Of a DNA stretch of 64,000 nucleotides, positions 29,501 through 42,878 are shown piece by piece (positions within the stretch are counted from its first letter, which is position 1; the number at the start of each line of letters is the position of its first letter). A program made the position numbers and the translations under genes. The notes under the pieces are model-generated. The model was not told the origin of the DNA, made no database searches, and saw only the letters and a program-made list of their open reading frames with translations. Source of the DNA: Flectonema sp. DT1601 (lineage: Eukaryota); NCBI GenBank assembly GCA_964019425.1, contig OZ025790.1, positions 744,001-808,000 of the forward strand, read 5' to 3'.

Positions 29501-29998
29501 GAAACCACCGGTTCCGGTCAAACTCAGCCCCCCACCCACCTTGAACGCAATCCCCAGCTTCTGCAGGTCAGCTGCCGGAAGTGATCCAAGACTACCGGAA
29601 AGGGTGACCGCTTCTTCCAGAGCCACCGTCATCGAGATCGTCAGCTCATCTGTCACCGTGTCGTGCGTGCACGCCGCTGCGATCTGGCTTCCAAGGGCCG
29701 TATTCACCACGTCGAATGCCGTCTCGTTCACCGTGTTCAGCGTGGTAGTCAGATCCGCTGCGAACTTTGGCAGACCCATCGAACCTAAATCCTTGTTTGC
29801 TCCCGGAATTAAGTTTGAGAATTGGGTCAGTTTGCCTTCGATCGAAGCAGATGCGACCTTCACTGCGTCCAGTGCGTCTAAGATATGCTGCTGATACGCA
29901 GCTGCCACGTCTACACATGGTTCCATTAAACCGTTTGTAGGTGTTGCTGACAACATCGCACTTATCGCCATCATCATTATCGACGATCGCGTACTCAT
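5561..29998 (-). CDS. Giant secreted RTX-like Ca-binding repeat protein, copy A (~8,050 aa): exons 29998-6468 (frameshift ~28417), 6283-6059, 5973-5561
   Basis: Joins ORFs 28358..29998, 6436..28431 and 5561..5866. N-terminal hydrophobic signal; dozens of GGxGxD and FGDxG repeats; Calx-beta/Ig-like VTAVDD modules; spliced exons stay in frame (…YNDK-G-HHHEY…VNNNA-G-IVLSIL…MIDISRDD…LTKKD*). Confidence 0.85.
5974..6058 (-). other. Spliceosomal intron 2 (85 bp) of the RTX gene; copy at 43292-43376
   Basis: GTATGT…CTCACAG, phase 1, AT-rich; removal restores the frame. Confidence 0.85.
6284..6467 (-). other. Spliceosomal intron 1 (184 bp) of the RTX gene; copy at 43602-43785
   Basis: GTATGT…AAAACAG, phase 1; the following exon encodes a further IINGGNGADVL repeat. 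Confidence 0.85.
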
Positions 29999-30080
29999 TT
30001 TTTTAGCAGCTGAGAGTTGTTTCTAGCTGCTCTTATTCTTTGATTACCCTTTTCTTTTATTTGATGGGTAACTTGTATAA

Positions 30081-30100
30081 CTGAACGAGAGAATGAGAAT
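30081..30100 (-). promoter_or_regulatory. Putative 3' splice acceptor upstream of the RTX gene ATG
   Basis: - strand ATTCTCATTCTCTCGTTCAG|TTATAC, preceded by a TG/T-rich tract; same TTCAG|TTAT junction as the protease gene. Confidence 0.45.
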
Positions 30101-30117
30101 AAGTAATATAAAAAAAA

Positions 30118-30210
30118 ACAATACAATACACTACACTACACTACACTACACTACACAGCACAACGCAACACAACACAACACAACACAACACAACAAAACA
30201 AAACACAAAA
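30118..30210. repeat. Compound pentanucleotide microsatellite (ACAAT/ACACT/ACACA)n
   Basis: atacaatacactacactacac…caacacaacacaacac seen directly. Confidence 0.9.
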
Positions 30211-30755
30211 AGGAACGATGTCGTAGATCAAGTCTTCCCCTATTTACCAACAGAATAGAGTCACGCAATTAGATTAATTCACATTAGAGTGTTGTGGTAG
30301 CCTGCATTAACATAAATAAAATACACAAATACGTCTGTGCGAACATTACAACACTCCCATCTCCCAACAACAGGAAACAAGAAGAAGATACACAACAAGG
30401 AAAACGAGGCACAGCTCAACACACGGAAAACGTCGAAACACTGAATGCAACACGATCCAGCATTTCGAGAAAAAAAAGGAAGTTTTTTTTTAATTCAGTT
30501 TGTGTGTCATATAAACAACATGACACAGCGGAGAGGAAGAAACTGCTGCGTTCTGATTGTCTGGTCGAAAGCTACCAAGCAATTCAGCACAGCATACGAA
30601 GCTTACACAGTTAACAACTGGATTGCTACCAGACATATTCGTTGTCGGGAGAGCGTTTAAAATGGAACAAATAGTGTTTTTTTTTCTCTTTACTGTTAAT
30701 TTTTTAATTTTTCTTTTTTTTTTTTTTTTTTTTTTTCAGAGAAAAGCAATACTTT

Positions 30756-31598
<843 letters not shown>

Positions 31599-31655
31599 TC
31601 ACCCAGTCTGTACAAAGACAGCTCTGTCGGATGATGCGACACTTTTCCGACCTAT

Positions 31656-32963
31656 CTAGGTCAGGCCCTTACCCTCCCGTCTCCCCTCGACGTCTCCCGT
31701 CTTTTCCTTGGTGAAACCAAGGCCCAGCAGGGTTCCCTGTCCCTTCACTTCCTTCTTCGTCTTCCGTTTAGGGGCAGGTTTCGGTGGCAGTTGTCCGTGG
31801 TGTTTGTGTGAGCAGCACCAGGATGCCAGTCGGTGCGACCGGTTCGCGTTGCGACCGCAGCTTTGACAGATCGGTCTGTCGTGTTGTTTGCACCTGTGAT
31901 GGTACTTCCCGCAGCAGGTGTCGGCTGTCTTCCTCTGCGAGTAGCAACTCCCGCATGCCGTCATTCTGTGCTTCGTACAGAAGTCCCAGACGGGGGTCAG
32001 TCCGTCTGATTCGTCATTTCGGTGGTGGTTGTAGCAGCATTCGTAGATTGCCACTTCCACCGCGTTGTCGCATGTCGCGCACTTCCCCTTGCGGTGAAGT
32101 TTGCATACCGGTGGTGGCTTTTTTCCTAGTGGCGGTGGTCTCTTCGTTGCTTCCTCCGGGGCCACAACTGAGTCCTCTTGTTCACGCATCACCGTCCATC
32201 TCGCATCCCATTCAGGTGAGGGTTCCTCGGAAGCAGTCTTCCTCCAAATGTCAGCTTTCTTTTCCCATCCCGGCGGGTGTTCGATGAACGTGTTGCTGCC
32301 GAAAGGTTGTTCGGGGTACAGGTCTTTCTTCTCGTGTGCGTCCGAGATCAGGTCTTCCACCTTCCGGGCAGATTCTTCACCTCCGAGGAACGTCGATCTC
32401 CTGTCGATTCCCGCAATTCTCGGTCCGTCCAGCGGTCGTAGAGATTTGATCACTTCCTTGATGTTGCCATCGGGGTAGATTCTCTTGTCCGGTCCGTCCA
32501 TTTTCTTCGCGATCCTGTCTATCTTCACCAGTAGGTTGGCGAAGGTTCTCGATTTCTTGTCCATTGAAATCGGGTGGGTGCTTTCGGTGTGGCTGGTGGT
32601 GGCTTCTTTCAATCTGATTCCCGTGCAGATCTCGAAGTCCACCGCCATTTCCAGGAAGGTTATCCCGTTTCCGTCCTTCCTTGCCGCCCACTTGATCCTG
32701 TTCAAGTAGCTTGCAATCGCGAGGTATGTTTCTCTCGTATTGCATCCCGGCCAGGCTCGGTAGTTAGGCATGTATCGGGCCAGGTTGTTGGGGTACGAGA
32801 TCATCTCTTCGGAGCTCCAGTCGCCGGCGTATTTCAGTGTGGTGGTCGGTCGTGCCGTCCGATCGCAACGTCTTCTGTCTCTCTCGAGTCTGATTCGCGC
32901 CAACATCAGTTGCATCCTCCCAGTGATTCCGTTCGGAAGTTCCATTTCCAGAGGTTTTATCCC
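31656..32963 (-). CDS. C-terminal part of LINE ORF2 after a frameshift (~32964), with three tandem Cys/His modules
   Basis: Frame is open upstream of the annotated Met (GIKPLEMELP…), continuing PPCLRL; contains FLEMAVDFE and three CxxHxxxxCxxC…CCxx(x)HH repeats. Confidence 0.75.
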   Translation of the reverse strand, partial: GIKPLEMELPNGITGRMQLMLARIRLERDRRRCDRTARPTTTLKYAGDWSSEEMISYPNNLARYMPNYRAWPGCNTRETYLAIASYLNRIKWAARKDGNGITFLEMAVDFEICTGIRLKEATTSHTESTHPISMDKKSRTFANLLVKIDRIAKKMDGPDKRIYPDGNIKEVIKSLRPLDGPRIAGIDRRSTFLGGEESARKVEDLISDAHEKKDLYPEQPFGSNTFIEHPPGWEKKADIWRKTASEEPSPEWDARWTVMREQEDSVVAPEEATKRPPPLGKKPPPVCKLHRKGKCATCDNAVEVAIYECCYNHHRNDESDGLTPVWDFCTKHRMTACGSCYSQRKTADTCCGKYHHRCKQHDRPICQSCGRNANRSHRLASWCCSHKHHGQLPPKPAPKRKTKKEVKGQGTLLGLGFTKEKTGDVEGRREGKGLT

Positions 32964-35900
32964 AGAGTCTCAGACATGGTGGCCAGGATTCTGAGTAAAC
33001 ATGCATTACGTCAGGAAATTCAGAACGGATTTCGTCGTATGATGTGCATATCCAGAAGTTGTGGTCAAGGGATTCCACCTTTTCCTCACCATCCTCCGTA
33101 CAGTTCTTGCACGTCTTGTCCCCACCTCCGGCATTCTCATTGGTAAAGATGTCGTCCATCATAATGCTCCTGACAACCCCTCTTTCCAACGGCAGTCCCT
33201 TCTCCAACTTCAGTATTTGGAGGGTTTCCCCTCTGTCGATACCGCTTTCGATTCCTTTCAGGTTCACTCTCTGTTTAGTGACCTTCTTCCACTCGATCAG
33301 CCTGCAGCTTTCACGGATCTCGTGCTGCCAGGCTCCCAGTTCCAGCTCGTTCATGTTGAAGGTCTTCGTCGGTGTTTTGATTTCCAACGGTGATTCCCAG
33401 CTCCATCCCATTCTCCGTAGTGATTCCATCACCAATCCGATAGGGCCTCTCGTTCGGGTGGATTCTTTCGCCTTCCTCCATGTATCGATTATTCTTTCTC
33501 GGAATTTGTCGAGCATCCGTACGAACATCGATAGCCTGTTGTAGGTTATATAGGTGTCCGGGTTCACGCAGTGTCCCTTGCACAGTAGTGATAATCCTAT
33601 CGTGTTCGATAGTTTACTCCCTTTTACCTTCCTATTAAAGATCGCTGCTGCCATCGTACTTTTCAGCTGACCCAGTCGTTTCTGATCTGGTTGGTACAGC
33701 TCTATGCCGAACAGGGCGCTCGTCATGACAGCTGCGGTCGCGATCATTGCTCTCTTGTGATACTTCAGGGGTAGCAGTTTGATCCTTCTCGCTCTCTCGA
33801 GGAGTTCCTTCGTGATCCTTCCCTGACCCGTACGGCGGGTGTTCCCGTTCATCTCGATGTGACTTCCTACGATGTCGACGTGTTTCGAGAATTCGAGGGT
33901 CACTCCGTTCATCTCTATTTTGTGTCCGTTCTCTTCCCGGTTGGAGAACCAGTTGCATTTGTGAGGTGCCAGCTGTTGTCCCGTCACTGTGCAGTATTCG
34001 GCTACGATGTCGACACCCTTCTGTAGGTCTTCTCTGGCTCCCACCAGCGTCAGATCGTCCGCGTACGATTCAGGCTTGATACCCGATTCTTGCTCAATCG
34101 CCTTGCTGAGGATAGAGCATAGTGCATTGAACAGCACTACGCTCAGAGGGCAACCTTGCAGTATTCCATTGGTGGTTTTGAATGGCTTTCCGACCCCCGA
34201 TGCGAATTTGAACCTCCTGGTCAGGTTGTCGTAGACGTGCCGAATAGGTTTCAATATCCTATCCGAGATCCCCATGGCTTTAACCAAACTTAAGAGGATG
34301 CCGTGCGGTACTAGGTCGAAGCATTTCTTGAAGTCGGTGGTAACCCCCGCGATCTCTTTCCCGGACAGGGTAGCTAGTTCCACTTCCAAAGCCAGTTTCC
34401 AACTCAGGTCGTGGGTTGATTTCCCCTTCCTGAATCCGGTTTGGCCTTTGTGGGCCCAATCTTCTTGCCAATCCATCACGTCAGTCTTCAGTCTGATCGC
34501 ACCCCAGAGCCTGTACAGCGCCGAGGTTACCGTGATTGGTCGCTGTTCCAGAGGGCCTGTTCCTGCTCCTTTCGGAATCGTTGACACCAGTGCGCATAGC
34601 ATCGCTTCAGGCCATCCCATCTCCTCCACGGTGTTGAGAAAGAACGCTATTCTCGGTAGCATGATCTCCGGGAGTGCTTTCAATTCTGAGACACGGAATC
34701 CGTCGGTTCCAGCTGCCTTCCGCGAGCTCGTTCTCGACAGCGCTTCCTTCACATCTTTCTCCGAGATGTCTTCGCATATCATCGGATGGTTCTCGATATA
34801 CTTGCCGTATCTCTCACGAAACGATTCCCAGTCCGGTTGCGGATCCTCGCGGTATTTCTGCAATATGTCTCTCCAGGCATTCTGCATCTCCGCATCCATT
34901 TCTCCGCAATTCGCCGTCCAGTTGCCGTCTTCCTTTTGCATCAAGAGGGTCTGTGTCTGGTGAGCGTCCTTCACCCAACGGAAGATCCTTCCTGGATCCT
35001 CGTACCAGCAGTCCACCATCCTGCGCTTCCACATCCTCACGCGCTCATGCTTTATGTCCGTCAGGGAACTCGTTTGTTCCCTTCTCAGATCATTGCATTG
35101 CCTGGTGATGCCTTCCCTATCCGGGATCTCTTCCGGGAGCGTCGGGTCGATCTTCTTCGCCTTCTTCCACAAGTGTTCGATTGTGGTTGGAGTCACGGAG
35201 GGTCCTTCCTGGTCTTTCATCAATCTCCTCAGTTCTTCCAGAATCCTTAGCAGTCGTAGGTTGTTCACCGTCCAACCGTCCAGTGCTCCGTTCGTCCCTG
35301 CTTGTTTCGGTGCGCGGGAACGGTTCTTCGGCGTTTGGGCTTTCCCTCTTCCGAGGTATTTCTTCCTCTCTTTATCGGAGATGTCGTTCTTCTTCAAAAA
35401 GTATTCCTCGACGTCGTTCCCGATGATCCGCAGCATCGAGTCGGTGTTCTTCGCTGCACATGCCTTCTCCCAATCCCGGTTCGAATCCTTCAAGATCTTC
35501 CGAGCAAGCTTCACATCCGGACGTAGATGCTCCGTGTCGAATTGCCTGGGTTTCGGCATATATTGTGTCTTCCCGTCGTATGCCTTCAGTCGTAGGTGGT
35601 TGACCATCACCGGCTTATGTGTCGGGATTCCGGTGTCGCTTAGAGTCTGGGTCCTAGACTCCGCTGTTATGGCCGCCGCAGCCGTGTTGTTCAACAGGAC
35701 GGCGTCGATTCTTCTCAAACCCAGTCCGCCCGTGCAGGTCGGTTCGGCGCTGTTCATCGCTACCGCGCAGTCGGTCCAAAGTCCTTGGCTCGTCGCTAGT
35801 TGAATGCAAGCGGATTCGCGGGTGTCCATGTTGAAATCACCACCGATCAACACTGGCACATCCCCCAGCGCTGCCGCTTCCCGGAGAGTCAATTTCAGGA

Positions 35901-36383
35901 GTTCTTCCGTGTTCGCTTCTGATCGTACATCTCCGTAGAACGAAATGGCATGCAGAACCTTGCCTTTTCCGTATGCTACGCCAGCGTGTACGTATCTTCC
36001 GGATTCTTCGAGTACCTTCGGTCCTCTGATCCTTCTAATCGGAGCGTTGTGTTTCGCGAGGACCGCTACTCCACCCGTGGTCTTGTAAGACCGTTCGTCG
36101 ATTCTTCTCCTTTCGGAGGGTTTGCTGAAGACCGCCGACCAGCCCTCTCGTTCGAGTTGTTTGAGCATCTTCTTCTGTTCTGTTTCAGAAAGAAGTGTCT
36201 CTTGCACTAGGATGATGTCGGCGTCCAGCGCTATCACCGCTGCGACGTTTTTCATCATCGTCGTGGTATTCACCGTTGCCACCGAGAATTCCGAAGGGAG
36301 TCTCATTGTTGCGTTGTCGTCCCCAATCCGTCCTGTGTCGGTCCAGCCGCTTCCTCTCCTTTCTGTGTTGTGGAGGTTCCGAG

Positions 36384-36387
<4 letters not shown>
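32964..36387 (-). CDS. LINE ORF2: apurinic-like endonuclease, reverse transcriptase, CCHC zinc finger
   Basis: APE: VATVN, DIILVQET, GGVAVL, IGGDFN, RIDAVL, PTHKPV. RT: AAGTDG, RPITV, QTGFRKG, DFKKCFDLVPH, GILQGCPLS, YADD. Zn finger: CKNC…ESLDHNFWIC. Confidence 0.95.
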
Positions 36388-38772
<2,385 letters not shown>

Positions 38773-41700
38773 TTAAAGTAGAAATAACTGAATCGGGGAG
38801 AGAGAGAGAGAGAGAGGAAAGAAATAATAAATATTAATAAAATAAAATAAAACAAAATACAACTTTATATCGATCCAGGAGGGACAAGTCAAGCGGAAGC
38901 TCCAGTGAAAGTCTGTAAACTCGCTCTCTAAAACTCGACAACCCCAATGTCGGTGGCAGTCTTCATTTTTTAGAACATCCTGAGAAATAACTGAAATAAC
39001 AAGTAAAGGAAACAATAAATATCATATTAACACGTTAAGTCCCCTCTTCTTCTGAGATTCAAAACAACAATAAGTTAGTAGTGAAATAGTTAATATCGAG
39101 ACGGAGTAGAAATTTAATTTCGACGACGGAGTGGAACAGAAGATTAAAAACAAGTCGGAAGCCTCAGTGAATGACAAGGTAGTTGAATACAACATTTATT
39201 AATACAAATCAAACCGTCGGATGGAATGCTGCAATCAGTAAACAGTCACAGTCACTCCCCTCGGGGATCAAACAAATAGTCGAATCAATTCACAGGAATA
39301 CATCTATGCTCGGACTTTAGCTTACACGCATGTGAATTAATTCACAACAGTTATTCACAAGACTATACTGCTTCTGTCAGTAGCGGTAGTTTAGAGCACA
39401 GCGTCTCGCAGTGTTCGCCCGGGAGCAATGCGGGCTACTAATTGCTTTGGTGCTGTTAGCTACTTATTTGTACCGAATTTTGAAATTGGATGAAAAAGCG
39501 AAGGGGAAAAGGGGAGGAGGGAGGAACAAGTCGAAGGAGGGAGACAAGTGATCAAGATATAGAGATATAACTCTGCCTGCTTGAAGAATCAGAAATTAAG
39601 ACCTTTACTTATTTTCTGCTTTTAATTTATTCTTTTTTTCTTTTTTGTGTGGAAGTCTCCCCCCAGCGGTCTTTTCGGAAAGTGCGAACGAGACGATGGG
39701 CAAACAAAATAAAAAGGGGGAGAGAGAGAGAGATTGAAAAGAAGAAATAAAATATAATAAAACAGCCATACAACACCATCAGCTATAATTGTAGTTAGAG
39801 ATAGGGATGTACCGATATTACCAACAAATCGAAAAACTGTAGCAAAGCAGGAGCCACAAATGATAAAGATAAAGAGAACTGCTAAACAGACTCACCTTAC
39901 TAATAGCCTAAGGCAATACGTTAGGGTATCAAACCGTAACTTACGACTTACGAGTTTTTTGGGAAGCACGCCCTACGAATACAGTTGAGAAAACTGCTCG
40001 CAAGGAGAGCACCACTTTATTTGTCACTCGATGACTAAAAACAAGAGAGAGACTAAGAACACCCGAAAAAAAATAGAGAAGGGGGGGGGGGGTGGGATGA
40101 GTGGAGGTGAGGGAAAATGGGTTGGGATGAAAGGATCGTCCAAAAAATAAAAAATATTTTATCTTGTTTTCTAATTTTGATAATATAAAATAAAATCATA
40201 CAAAATAACTTTTGTATGATGTATATTAACAGAAATTCGGAAAGTCTAAAATATTCTTATAAAAAGAATCAACAATATAATAAAGTCATCAACACAAAGA
40301 GTCGATGAAATGGGTCATCAGATCTTCTGTACGAAGATCCAAAACCTTATCTACTGAATTATTAATTAAATAGCAGGAAGACACCTGCTTACCGCAAGTA
40401 AAGTTATTTTTGGAAATCCAACGTTGTTGCTGCTTCATGAGAACTCTAGCGAGGGTAACTCACAGCGATAAGTAAGTTAGTTATGCAGAACAAAAACTGA
40501 TCTGACTGCAAAAAATAATAAAATAATATTAAAATAATAAAGAAATAAAAGAGGCTATCACCATGTAGTGGTATGGTCGCACCTAAACAAAAAAAAGAAA
40601 AAATTGTTTTTCTCTTTTTTTTCGTTTTTTTTTTTTTTTTTTTTTTTTTCGGTGATTCATATTCCCTACGTGGTGGAAAAAAAAGTATTATTGTTTTTGA
40701 AAATGAAAATAAAAAAAAGAAAAATTCAAGTGGAAGGAGGAAAAAGCTCTTTGAAGTCTACCGAACGCAGAGAATTCTTCTTTTTTTCAAGAACGGGATG
40801 CTGAGAAGTAAATAGAACAGAGCTAATCACATGGTGCTCAAATCGTTCTCAAAATTAGAAGACGAACTATCGATCGCAATTGTTGACCTGAAGTTCCAAA
40901 TGTTAGTTTTAAATAATTAAAAAAACTTTCCTTTTGCTCATTGCGAATATTACGCCGCTTTTTTGCGGCAATTAAAATTGCGTTGTTTTTTTCTCTTTGT
41001 TCTTCAACATTGAGTTTGTAATTTTTTCATTATTTTTTATCCATCTACCGGTTGAAGGTTGTTTTCCCTTCAATTTCAATGATTACTTCAATAGCACGGC
41101 TCAACCTCTTATGAGGAAGGAGGCAACCTTTTCAACACGAGACGGCTGAAAACGGACTGCCACCTTTTTTTTTCATGTTTTGTTTTATTCTACAAACTTC
41201 AACAAAAACAAAACGAAGAGCACTCACTGAGCAGGATGCGATCCTTTAAAGTCTTATCACTCAGTGAGGTCAGAAGGGAGAATGACATGCCCCTGAACAG
41301 GTTTTATAAATAAGTAAAACAAAATAAATAAATTCATAACACAAGAAGAGCAATGATTGCGAAGAGAATGACGTTTATCATTTCTGAAGCTCTTCTTCAA
41401 TCAGAAGAAAAGCTGATTTTACTGACACACAAGTACTACTAAAGTACGTCAGTAATCAGTTATTTCTTTCTTTCCTTCTTCCTCATTCTACGGGGGGGGA
41501 GAAGGGGGGGGGAGAGGGACAACAAGAATAAGGGAAAGTGGGTACACCCAACAGTGGAGGATTACCAGAGCCAACTTCTAAAACGATTTTTCATAATCAA
41601 CAACAACAACAACAACAACACACTAGTTGTACACAACTAGAAAGAAATCGTCAAGACAACAAATAATAATAATAATGCAGACTCTATCCAGAAGATAAAG

Positions 41701-42878
41701 GTAACTATCCATCCAGTTATGGGTTTACTCTAAAGTAAATTAAAAACATGACTGAAATCTACAACAGTATTCAACACCTATCAAGGCATCAGTAAGCAAC
41801 ATATAAAATAATCGAATAAGTGCTCTGAATGCGATGACGGAATACTGCTGCAGACACAACAGTAAATATAAAAAGAGAAGATTAACCCCCAAAGGGGAAA
41901 TAAAAAAACAAAGTCATGCAGCGTTATGGAAGGGAAATAATATAAAAGATAAAAGAAAATACGAGGAAACATGGAATGACCACTGCTGAAGGAGATTACC
42001 CATCAACAGGTGGTCTCCACTAAGAAGTCCCGTAGTCGATGACTTGGGAGTAAATTTCTACTGCGGAGCAAAACAATAATACAGCACCAGGAATTGTTCA
42101 AGGGCTAAGCGTATGCGACAAGCAAGCAAACATAAAGTAGGATAACGTCCACGACCTACACAACAATCCTACTCAACTAGCGCACAGTGAGGTAAGCTCC
42201 TTTGTTGGGAAAATGGGAGTTGGTTGTAATAGAAGGAGTGAAGAAATATAATTAAAAAAGAAAAGCCAACGTAAAGAATAGAGGGGAAAATAAATACATA
42301 AGCACAAGCACTCAACTCACTTCTTTACGAGCGTATCACTGACGACGACTATATTTCTGAGAAATAAATATCTTCGGTGATGTGCCATAACGAAGTATTT
42401 TCATTGCGGATTGTTACCTTCCCCCAACACCACCAATCCTAGTCCACAACACCAGCAGTCACTTTGGTGTGCAAATCATATGCAGTTCAGCAATGCTTGT
42501 TTTTATTATTTTCCCTTCTCTTCTTTTCCGAAGAGTTGTTTGTTTCAAAAAAAAAAATTAAAAAAAATATATTGTGTTGCGAAGATAAAAACTAGTCACT
42601 TTTTAACCCACTGCGATCAGTGACCAGTCTAATTATAGTTTTAGGGAAGAAGGGAATAGGGCATTCAAATAATTTGAAACAAAAAAAAAAAAAAAAAAAA
42701 AAAAAACAGTGAAAGAGTCTACTGGAAATAAAGGTACCGAGATCAGGGGATGGAAAGTGAATAGAATAATATTACAAATTGGTAAAACAACTTAATAATT
42801 ATTTTTGATCCTTTTGATTCCCCCCATCTTGACATATTTAAAAAGCGTTTGTCCCCAATGTTGATATTGTTATCGGAT

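Noticed and set aside
6577..29894. Long + strand ORFs (e.g. 17152..20268 1038 aa, 23120..25105 661 aa) and their copies
   Set aside because: Antisense shadows of a GC-rich, codon-biased giant CDS, with Arg/His- or Ser/Pro-rich composition lacking any recognisable motif.
5561..29998. Bacterial contamination or a T1SS operon
   Set aside because: Spliceosomal introns, a eukaryotic LINE and protease neighbours are present; no ABC/MFP/TolC genes are seen.
33000..33900. RNase H domain in LINE ORF2
   Set aside because: No recognisable D-E-D-D RNase H motifs between the RT and the CCHC finger.
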